Part shown: positions 1 through 7,265 of the stretch, in pieces
How the letters are laid out: each line of letters opens with the position of its first letter
Position numbering within the stretch: the first letter of the stretch is position 1
Assembly (NCBI GenBank): GCA_038858525.1
Contig: JAWCFL010000045.1
Location: 1-13,481, forward strand
Reading direction: 5' to 3'
Length of the DNA: 13,481 nucleotides
From: Candidatus Jordarchaeales archaeon
GTDB taxonomy: Archaea > Asgardarchaeota > Jordiarchaeia > Jordiarchaeales > Freyrarchaeaceae
Notes under the pieces: generated by a model
What the model saw: only the letters and a program-made list of their open reading frames with translations
What the model was told of the DNA's origin: nothing
Database searches by the model: none
Translations under genes and position numbers: made by a program

Positions 1-69
1 TCCCCCACTAAGAGCTAGCACCCTTAAGACGCACTCAGCCTTCCTCCTGCGAAGTAAGCTGTAATCCAC
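1..69 (-). CDS. Possible 5' end of a gene running off the left edge (MDYSLLRRRKAECVLRVLALSGG...)
   Basis: GTG at 69-67 follows a G-rich GGGAGGG/GAGGG tract. It is the only minus frame that stays open to base 1. Only 23 codons are visible, so no family can be assigned. Confidence 0.25.
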   Translation of the reverse strand, partial: MDYSLLRRRKAECVLRVLALSGG

Positions 70-146
70 CCCTCAAAACCCTCCCTTCGCCAGCTAAGAA
101 CAAAGCGCGCATCCATTACAGCACACATCTCCCAAATTGAACGCTG

Positions 147-170
147 CTTTACCCTAATTTAAAGGGCTAC
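147..170 (-). repeat. 24-nt hairpin element GTAGCCCTTTAAATTAGGGTAAAG (operator over a TATA box, or a degenerate solo CRISPR-like repeat)
   Basis: CCCT-N7-AGGG inverted repeat enclosing TTTAAAT and ending in AAAG. One copy only, just downstream of the CARF gene stop. Confidence 0.3.
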
Positions 171-196
171 TGAGAGCAAGGCGAGTCACGTTTAAA

Positions 197-1063
197 CTAC
201 TCCTTAACCTCACGCGCAGTGGCGCTACCAGTTTTCTTTGAGCTTGAACTCCACACCTTTTCAGTACAATTCCAAAGTACTTTCCCCACCTCCGTCGGAT
301 AAACTTCTCCCTCCTTCTCCTCAGCCCATCCAAGCCTTATCACGTGTTCTACAGTCCTCTTTCCATACCTGCTTTCAAGCGCCTTTTTCGCAACCGACCC
401 AACGACGGCCAAATTACCTATTAAAGATGTTAACTCTTCCCACCTTCTAAACTTGATGGGCATAGCAGGTATACGTATCACCTTCCTGAAGTGCTCGTGA
501 ACGTAGAACACTGGAGCACCAGTCCCAGGCGAGTTAGCTGCGAGAACCGCTATCGCCGCCTCTGGTTTAAACCCCCCAGTCGCGTGAACATACACCCTGT
601 CCCCCTCCCTCCTGTGGCGTCTTATGAGGCCCGTTATCGCACTGAATAAGTTCGCCAGCCCGTCACAGAACGTGTCAGGCTTACCCAGCCCGGGAACTTT
701 GACAGCGCTCACAGCTCCCCTACCACCGTACTCCTTCACCAAAATCTCCTCCAAGCACGATTTTAACACTTCAGCGCACACCTCGCCTATCATGGTGTCC
801 GAGAAGAGCAGGTAAATCCACTGCTGCATTCCCGCCTCGTAACCATCTGCTACCAGGTCGAGGAACGTGTTGAGCTCAGCGCTCGCATCCTTAGGATTCG
901 TCAGGACGAAGCTCGCCAGCCTACCGACAAGCTCAGCTTTGTCCATCCTCCCGTCGGCGAGCATCCTCTCGAGCTCCGGCAGTGTCCCGCCGACAACCCC
1001 CGCCCTCTGCGCGTTCGTAATTATCGAGGCGCCAACCAAGACCACGTGGGCTAAACCTGCCAA
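197..1063 (-). CDS. crn1: CARF + winged-HTH protein, APE2256/Sso1393 family (Crn1-like cA4 ring nuclease or cOA-sensing regulator), 288 aa
   Basis: Family motifs HVVLVGAS..N, SAELN, LLFSDT..G..CA..L, GL.NL, VHATGGFKPE and VFYVHE, plus a C-terminal wHTH ending VYPTEVGKVL. Start moved from 1159 to TTG at 1063, which follows a GGGGTGG SD and lies about 36 nt downstream of a TATA box. The crn1 symbol is by family resemblance only. Confidence 0.8.
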   Translation of the reverse strand: MAGLAHVVLVGASIITNAQRAGVVGGTLPELERMLADGRMDKAELVGRLASFVLTNPKDASAELNTFLDLVADGYEAGMQQWIYLLFSDTMIGEVCAEVLKSCLEEILVKEYGGRGAVSAVKVPGLGKPDTFCDGLANLFSAITGLIRRHRREGDRVYVHATGGFKPEAAIAVLAANSPGTGAPVFYVHEHFRKVIRIPAMPIKFRRWEELTSLIGNLAVVGSVAKKALESRYGKRTVEHVIRLGWAEEKEGEVYPTEVGKVLWNCTEKVWSSSSKKTGSATAREVKE

Positions 1064-1098
1064 GAAACCACCCCAACTAAGACTAGCCAGGCTGACTC

Positions 1099-1112
1099 TT
1101 TTATATTTTGAC
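1099..1112 (-). promoter_or_regulatory. TATA box (ATATAAAA) with upstream BRE-like bases for the CARF gene
   Basis: Minus strand reads GTCAAAATATAAAAG, at a suitable distance from the SD and TTG start at 1063. Confidence 0.6.
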
Positions 1113-1340
1113 GCGTAGCACGCCTCAAAGCCGAAAATCTCGCCCTTCAGAAATAACACGTCCAGAGATCTCTAACCTCCGTGATCCTTAACAATAAACA
1201 AGCAATCTAGGGAACCGCTCAAGCTTGGCGCCGGCATTTGTGAGCTACCGCCGTGTCACGCAAAATTTCAAAGCTCGTTTAGAACAATTGACGAAATTTT
1301 TCAAGTAATTTGGTCCAATTTCCAAAAATTTTTGTTTTTA

Positions 1341-1400
1341 TGAACCTTTGTTCAAGTAATATTTATATAATAAAAAACTCCTCTATTAACCGGAGGGAGG
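1341..1400 (+). promoter_or_regulatory. cmr operon promoter: TATA box TTTATATA (1362-1369), SD GGAGGGAGG (1392-1400), upstream palindrome TGAAC-N4-GTTCA (1341-1354)
   Basis: Read directly. TATA-to-SD-to-ATG(1408) spacing fits an archaeal leadered transcript. Confidence 0.7.
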
Positions 1401-1407
1401 AAAAGAA

Positions 1408-4400
1408 ATGGATTACTGGGATGGCAAAATAGCCGGCCTCCTCCACGACCCCCTTGACAAGGTTTTCAGAAAGGACCACTTTGTTTTCGCGGAAAATGTA
1501 GCATCTAAGATCCTGGGGTCTAGTGTTAATGTCGACGAGATTAAGGGCGAGATTAGAGCCCATCATTCAGGTGGATGCCTGCTATTCCCCGACAAAGCTG
1601 CCTCTGCATCTAATAGAACCCTCACCCCTCTCATTAACCCTCAGAAGGTGCTGCTCCAGAACCCTTTCTCCGGCGTCCTGTTCGATCTGAATCTCCCCTC
1701 CCCCTTCTCGTATGGTGACGCTGTTCCCCAGCTCACCGTGTCCTTACCCGCTGCTAATGGGAGGGAGGCTGCCCTCCGCGTGCTCAGCAAGCTTGTCGAA
1801 GTATACAAAGACATCTGGAGAGGCGTGAACGCCGCAGTCGTTAAGTCGCTCCTCCTACTTCCAGAGGACACGCGCATCCCATCATCACCGATGATCTCCC
1901 ACCTCCAAATGGTTAGCGCGCTGACCGACGCCACCAGGGTCGAGCCAGGCTTCTACATGGTTTACCTCGACATTGGCGGGGTCCAAGAGTTCATCTCGGT
2001 TTCGAGGAAGACCGTTGACTTCTGGGCTTCAAGCTACCTTTTATCCCTCGTCAGCCTCTCAGCACTCCTCCCACTAATGAGGAAGTTTGGCCCTCAGCAG
2101 ATTATCATCCCTTGGTTTCTCCGCTCCCCTCTCGTGGAGGCGTGCCTCTTCGGCCGCCAAGTGGACTTGAACGATGTTCTAAGCTCAACCATTCCGAACG
2201 CCGCGCTAATAGTAATCAAGGGAACGCCGGACGGCAACGTAGACGAGAAGAAGATAAGAGAGATGATGTACCATGGCATGGTCGAGTTCTGGAATAATGT
2301 ATGCGAAGTCCTCATCAAAAAGCTAAGGAGGGATTACGGCGTCGATGGGGGAGTGGAGGCGCAGGTTAGAAGGCATATGGAGTTCACGTCCATTTTCACC
2401 AAGATTAGGGTCGCCGTCCTGAACACTGCCCCCCTCCTAAGTGGAGAGAAACAGGGAGGATGGGCTGGCGAGGCTTATGAGAAGGCTCGCAATGAGGGGA
2501 AATTTAACCGGCTGGCTGAGCTCAAGAACGAGCTTGCAGGGCTCGATTTGGGTTACGAGAGCTATGCTCTCGAGGACTTCGAAGCTCTCGTGAAGACGCT
2601 CACAGTCGCTATGGGGTCACGGAAGCAGTATGAAGCTTTCAGCGCCGAGAAAGTTCCCAGGGGGAAGAGCAAGTGTAGCTTGTGCGGCATACGTGACCAC
2701 CTTGAGCTCGACGATAAAACCTGGGAGAAAATGGAGGAGAAGCTTGTCGTTGACCGCAATGAGCGGCTCTGCGCTGTTTGCCTGCTGAAACGTCTCCTCA
2801 GAGAAATTCTGCCGGAAGTTATAGGCGAGCTGGGCGGAAAAGTGAGTGTTGGGAAAGACAGGTTCAGGATACCCTCCGTGAGTGATGTTGCGACGGCATG
2901 GTTTAGAGCCTCGGTGCTCTCACTCATCCTCGCGTCAGCCGAGCTCAACCGCTTCGACGAGGCCTGCATGGCAGCCGAGGCTCTCCTAAAGTATTTAGAT
3001 GAGGCAGGTAAACTCGCCGGGAAGAAGCCGGAGGAGGATGAACGCGCCTTCCCGAACAAGCTAATCAAAGACCTTCACGATAAGGCTCTACACGTGCTCT
3101 CTAAGTTAGCTGAAGGTGCTGGGGGCGATTTCCGAGTTAAGATTGGCACTCTTTCGAGGCTCGCAGACGAGATGTGCTTTGCGGACTCCTCAGTTTTGCT
3201 GTTCGACGAGCTGACTGTAAGAGTAGCCCGCTCAAAAGCGGCGGATAGGGAAGCCCTGGAGAAGGTTAAAGGTAGTTATGAGGAAGCGTGCAGAGCACTC
3301 AAGGACCTCTGCGTGAGGAACAATAAACTAGTCGCGCTGGCTTCCGCGAAGCTTTTCGAGCACGTCTGCCTCCTCCTTAAGCTGAGTGGGGTAGGGGGGA
3401 ATAATGTTAGCTCGAAGATCGCGGAGGTCATACTGTCACCTCTCCGGGAGCCGTGCGAAATCGTCAAGAAGAAGGGGGACAAGAAGCTCTCTGTGCCGGT
3501 CAGCTTCCGCCCGCAGGAGAGGTTCGTCCTCTTGAGGATGGATGGCGACGACGTCGGAAAGTGGATTAGCGGCGAGCTCCTCCCACCGTGGCAGATTCTG
3601 ATCACACCCTCCGACGAAAGCCAGATAGTAAGTCACCGGAATATGCTCAAAGAGAAGACTGGCGACGACTTCAGCGACGTCTACTCCCGGAACAGGCCCA
3701 CGTCGCCTTCAACGCTATCCGTCCTCTCCATGGTCATCACTCTCAACATTCCAGTAGTTAAGTCCGTGGTGGAGGCGTTCGGCGGCTTCCTGATATATAC
3801 TGGAGGAGACGACGTGCTTGCCCTCCTCCCGCCAGAAGTCTGGCACTACGTCTACCTGCTTCTCAGGTTCCTCTACTCTAGGGAGATAATGGACAGCTTC
3901 AGGCTTGACGAAGACGGCCTCTACGTTTACGGCATGGGTGTGAGGGCAACCGCCTCCTTCTCCGTTGTCGTGGCGCACCACAAGGCTCACCTGAAACAGG
4001 TCATAAAATGCTCACACGAAATACTCGAGCGGTCAGCGAAGGAGCTGGCGAGGATGGAGGAGGGCGTAGAAGGGCGCGTCAAGGTAAAGGATGGGCTCTC
4101 CGTGGTGTTAATGTCGAGGTCGACCCCGATAACAGTCTGCGCGGTACCAAACGTGCTGATCAAAAGCGGAGGCAAGCTTCTCTCCATCAGGGAGCTCGAC
4201 AAGAAAGCCAGAAGGAAGGTTGAGGACAAAATCAGAAATCTGGAGGACGGGGCTGTTAAAGCCTGGATGGAGGAGTTCACCCACCTAATCAAGGTAATTT
4301 GCGGGCAGAGCGTCCACACATACCGAGACTTCTACAGTAACACTTCAGATCTCCACTTCGCCGGAGTATCGCCGGGCACAGGCGGAGTAATCGACTGGGA

Positions 4401-4827
4401 GACTAATAGCGTCTCGGGCAAAAATGTTGATGACATGGTTTACGTGCCATTATCAGATGCTGTTGCCCTATGTGACCTCACCGCGTCAGGCATTGTAAGC
4501 TCGAGGGCCTTCCACGACATTTACAGCTTCCACGAAGACACTTCGATCGGAGAGATGGGTTCCGAGAACTTGGACGCCGCGGTCACCCTTCTACGCGCCA
4601 GCCTAAAACACAAAGTCAAGAAAGAGAAAAAGGAAGAGGATGTGCCGTTGGCTGAAGTGCTCTTAAGGTCCGTGGAGAAGCTTCTGTCTGAAAGGTTCTC
4701 CGTGGGCGGAGGCAAAAGTGAGGGCGAGAGGAGGGGGACGGTGTTGAGCCTCCTCGAGGTTGTCCCGCTTTCGCTCATATTGTCCAGGTGCTTGGAAAAC
4801 GCTGTTTTGAGCTGTGGAGGGTGGTAG
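1408..4827 (+). CDS. cas10: Cas10/Cmr2, type III-B large subunit, 1139 aa
   Basis: N-terminal LLHDP (HD at 1444-1449); Palm1 DIGGVQEFISVSRKTVDFWASSYLLS; Zn finger CSLC...CAVC (2674-2781); Palm2 MDGDD (3538-3552) and YTGGDD (GGDD at 3802-3813). Confidence 0.97.
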   Translation: MDYWDGKIAGLLHDPLDKVFRKDHFVFAENVASKILGSSVNVDEIKGEIRAHHSGGCLLFPDKAASASNRTLTPLINPQKVLLQNPFSGVLFDLNLPSPFSYGDAVPQLTVSLPAANGREAALRVLSKLVEVYKDIWRGVNAAVVKSLLLLPEDTRIPSSPMISHLQMVSALTDATRVEPGFYMVYLDIGGVQEFISVSRKTVDFWASSYLLSLVSLSALLPLMRKFGPQQIIIPWFLRSPLVEACLFGRQVDLNDVLSSTIPNAALIVIKGTPDGNVDEKKIREMMYHGMVEFWNNVCEVLIKKLRRDYGVDGGVEAQVRRHMEFTSIFTKIRVAVLNTAPLLSGEKQGGWAGEAYEKARNEGKFNRLAELKNELAGLDLGYESYALEDFEALVKTLTVAMGSRKQYEAFSAEKVPRGKSKCSLCGIRDHLELDDKTWEKMEEKLVVDRNERLCAVCLLKRLLREILPEVIGELGGKVSVGKDRFRIPSVSDVATAWFRASVLSLILASAELNRFDEACMAAEALLKYLDEAGKLAGKKPEEDERAFPNKLIKDLHDKALHVLSKLAEGAGGDFRVKIGTLSRLADEMCFADSSVLLFDELTVRVARSKAADREALEKVKGSYEEACRALKDLCVRNNKLVALASAKLFEHVCLLLKLSGVGGNNVSSKIAEVILSPLREPCEIVKKKGDKKLSVPVSFRPQERFVLLRMDGDDVGKWISGELLPPWQILITPSDESQIVSHRNMLKEKTGDDFSDVYSRNRPTSPSTLSVLSMVITLNIPVVKSVVEAFGGFLIYTGGDDVLALLPPEVWHYVYLLLRFLYSREIMDSFRLDEDGLYVYGMGVRATASFSVVVAHHKAHLKQVIKCSHEILERSAKELARMEEGVEGRVKVKDGLSVVLMSRSTPITVCAVPNVLIKSGGKLLSIRELDKKARRKVEDKIRNLEDGAVKAWMEEFTHLIKVICGQSVHTYRDFYSNTSDLHFAGVSPGTGGVIDWETNSVSGKNVDDMVYVPLSDAVALCDLTASGIVSSRAFHDIYSFHEDTSIGEMGSENLDAAVTLLRASLKHKVKKEKKEEDVPLAEVLLRSVEKLLSERFSVGGGKSEGERRGTVLSLLEVVPLSLILSRCLENAVLSCGGW

Positions 4828-5956
4828 TCTGACGGCTAAGGGAACGCTCCTAGAAGTGGTTATGAAGCCGCGAGGGGAGCTGCTTTTCAGGACCCCAACC
4901 CCATTCTCCCTCGGAGGATACGCTGAGACGCAGCCACGCCCCTCGGAGTTCGGTGTAGCCGGGATGCTGCGCTCAGCCACAATGGACCTGGCGGAGGAGA
5001 GGGGCACCCCTCAAAACGTTCTGGAAAAGATCGTTGGGAGAGGAAAGGAGTATACCACTTATGACTTCTGCTGGAAGCTCGTTGGACCATACCTGATGAG
5101 GGGCAACGGCACTGTCTTCTACCCGATTCCATTCGACGTCTTCGTGGAGGGAGGAGAAGAGAGAAGGCGCCTACGCCTAGCTGACTGGCTAATCCCACAG
5201 CTCGAAGTAGTGGACGGTGGGCTCAAAGAGCTACTGGCTCCCTCAGCATTTAAGGGTGAAAGTGCGCGAAAGGAGTACTGGTTTGCCAGCTCGAAGCTCA
5301 TGGAAGAGTACCTTAATGGGGAAAATGTGTTTGATGAGAGTGACGTTGTTAGGGGCGAGAGCATCTATAGGCGGATGACGCATCCCCACGTGAAGCTGGA
5401 CAGGGAAATGAAGGCTGTCGAGATTGTGGAGGGGGAGGGAATGTACTTCGCCGTTGAGAAGCTCGCCCTCAGGGAGGGCTGGTCATTCATAGCTGGAGTG
5501 TGGCTTGACGGCTGCGAGCAACCGGAACTGGATAAGGTTAGAGACGCGTTCCTCGACCTAAACGGGAGGATTGCTAGGCTTGGGGGAGAAGGGGGACTAG
5601 TAAGCTTAGAAGTGAGGGAGTCTAAGTCTCTCCTAGAGGCAAAAGTGGAGGAGGACGCTGAAATCGAGGGAAGAGTTAGGCTCGTGCTGACCGCCTCAGC
5701 AGTCTTCGGGAACGGTGACAAGTCCTCCTTCCTCCCAGGACTGAGCGGCGTCGAGGGGTGTGCTTGCGCGCGCGCACTAGTTGGGGGTTGGGATTACGCA
5801 GCTAACAAGCCCAAGGAGCTGCGTTTGGGCGTAGCCCCAGGCTCCGTGTATTACCTTGAGAGAATTAAGCTGAGCGTAATCCTGGACAGGGTGCACGTTC
5901 ACCCTGATTACCGGAACGTGTTGGGTTCATGTTTAATAGCTAAGAGGTGGTTGTGA
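4814..5956 (+). CDS. cmr3: Cmr3 (Cas5-family RAMP), up to 380 aa; exact start uncertain
   Basis: Motifs LLFR...PF, PRPSEFGVAGMLRS, GPYL, PIPFD, H.KLDR..K, RLGGEGGL, GGWDYA.NKPK, VAPGSVYY. Position directly after cas10. Confidence 0.92.
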   Translation: MEGGSLTAKGTLLEVVMKPRGELLFRTPTPFSLGGYAETQPRPSEFGVAGMLRSATMDLAEERGTPQNVLEKIVGRGKEYTTYDFCWKLVGPYLMRGNGTVFYPIPFDVFVEGGEERRRLRLADWLIPQLEVVDGGLKELLAPSAFKGESARKEYWFASSKLMEEYLNGENVFDESDVVRGESIYRRMTHPHVKLDREMKAVEIVEGEGMYFAVEKLALREGWSFIAGVWLDGCEQPELDKVRDAFLDLNGRIARLGGEGGLVSLEVRESKSLLEAKVEEDAEIEGRVRLVLTASAVFGNGDKSSFLPGLSGVEGCACARALVGGWDYAANKPKELRLGVAPGSVYYLERIKLSVILDRVHVHPDYRNVLGSCLIAKRWL

Positions 5957-6859
5957 ATGAGTGAGGATGTGCCCTTCATTCCATCCATGTACGAGATCGT
6001 CGGAATAGCCTACTTCTGGTGTGAGACAGAGTTCTTCCCAGGCGGAGAGAGAGAAGCCGGCCCGGTGGATTTGACCGTTCAGAGGAACTTTAAGGGGATC
6101 CCCTACGTTAGGGGGAGCAGCATTAAGGGCGCGCTGAGATCCTTCTATGAACTCAACGGCAAGAGTAGCGAAGCCGAAATCCTTTTCGGCTCACCGGAAC
6201 ATGCTGGATGCCTAGTGCTGGAAAACGCCGAGATACTCGCCTTCCCCGTTAAGGCTGACAGGGAACTCTTCGTCTACGTCACTTCTCCAAGCCAGATTTC
6301 AGCTTACGTGAGAGACGCTAACAAGGTCGGCGTCAGCCTGGAAGAGGTGAGCGTCGGGGAAGGTGAAGCCTTGTCTGCGGCGCTTGAGGGGAAAATCGAA
6401 CTCATGGACGAAAAATACAGCCTCACATTGAAAAGGAACGATCACGTCAACAAGCTGGCTGGTAAAATCGCTGAGAAAGCGACTCCGAAGGTTAACGGAA
6501 AAACGGCTCCCGGTTACAGCTACCTTAAAGAGAAGCTCGAGAGGCTCATCGTGGTGGACGACGCTCTCTTCAGGGAGATAACTAACAGTGGCTTAGTCGT
6601 CGTTTTACGAATAGCACTCGACTACAAGACGAAGACCGTGACTGAAAAGGCGATGTTCTACCAGGAACTCATACCGGAAGGAACACTGCTCTACGCTCCA
6701 ATAATGAGGGCATTACGTTCCAGGTACAGCAAGGAGAGCAATGAAAGGGTTGAAGAGTTACTGAAGAAGCTGAATAAAGGTTTGCTCATTAACCTTGGAG
6801 GGGACGAAACCACCGGGAAGGGAGTGGTGCGAATAGTTGCGTGCGGGGTGGGCCAGTGA
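5957..6859 (+). CDS. cmr4: Cmr4 copy A (Cas7-family backbone RAMP), 300 aa
   Basis: VDLTVQR...IPYVRGSSIKGALRS, AEILAFPV, YVTSP, FYQELIPEGTLLY, NLGGDETTGKG. ATG abuts the cmr3 stop. Confidence 0.93.
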   Translation: MSEDVPFIPSMYEIVGIAYFWCETEFFPGGEREAGPVDLTVQRNFKGIPYVRGSSIKGALRSFYELNGKSSEAEILFGSPEHAGCLVLENAEILAFPVKADRELFVYVTSPSQISAYVRDANKVGVSLEEVSVGEGEALSAALEGKIELMDEKYSLTLKRNDHVNKLAGKIAEKATPKVNGKTAPGYSYLKEKLERLIVVDDALFREITNSGLVVVLRIALDYKTKTVTEKAMFYQELIPEGTLLYAPIMRALRSRYSKESNERVEELLKKLNKGLLINLGGDETTGKGVVRIVACGVGQ

Positions 6860-7254
6860 AAGAGGTTCAAGCAGCCCTAAAGTTCAGAGAGAAGCTGGGC
6901 ATCAAGGGCGACGAGGCTGCGGAGCTCTCAAGGAAAGCTAAGAGGATGTTCTCGATGACGCTGACGGAAGGCGCGATCTCAAGCTTCCTCTTCGCCTACA
7001 GCAAGGCGAAAAACGAGAACGTCAAAAAACTCCTCAGCAACTACGAGGAATACAAGAACCTCGAGAAGGAGGAGGGAGAGTGGGGGCTGATCGCCGCCTT
7101 CCTCATAAAGGAAGCCCTCTCAGACATGAAGCTTGACGGCGACCTCGTCAACCTGATGAACAAATTACACGAAAAGGACGTCAGAATGAAAGTTGAACGC
7201 GCCACCCTAAGATACCTCGAAGCCCTCGGAAAGGTCCTTGACGCATACTCGTGA
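6856..7254 (+). CDS. cmr5: Cmr5 copy A (Cas11 small subunit), 132 aa
   Basis: All-helical, with AKRMFSMTLTEGAISSFLFAYSK and RATLRYLEALGKVLDAY matching the Cmr5 pattern. Start set at GTG 6856 (GTGA overlap with the cmr4 stop, GGGGTG SD upstream). Confidence 0.85.
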   Translation: MKEVQAALKFREKLGIKGDEAAELSRKAKRMFSMTLTEGAISSFLFAYSKAKNENVKKLLSNYEEYKNLEKEEGEWGLIAAFLIKEALSDMKLDGDLVNLMNKLHEKDVRMKVERATLRYLEALGKVLDAYS

Positions 7255-7265
7255 GGTGAAGCCCT

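Noticed and set aside
24-128. 34-aa minus-strand ORF MCAVMDARFVLSWRREGFEGWITAYFAGGRLSAS
   Set aside because: Its position could fit the TTTAAAT box, but it is very short and has no recognisable motif.
238-1118. Plus-strand ORFs 238-450, 624-815 and 867-1118
   Set aside because: Antisense shadows of the CARF gene, S/P/L-rich with no motifs.
1064-1159. 32-aa N-terminal extension of the CARF ORF given by the ORF track
   Set aside because: It spans the gene's own TATA box and SD, and family similarity begins only after TTG 1063.
1653-1661. 9-nt complementarity of the solo-repeat spacer to cas10 mRNA (similar 8-9-nt hits at 12218-12226 and 12648-12655)
   Set aside because: The matches do not extend and are at chance level for this window size.
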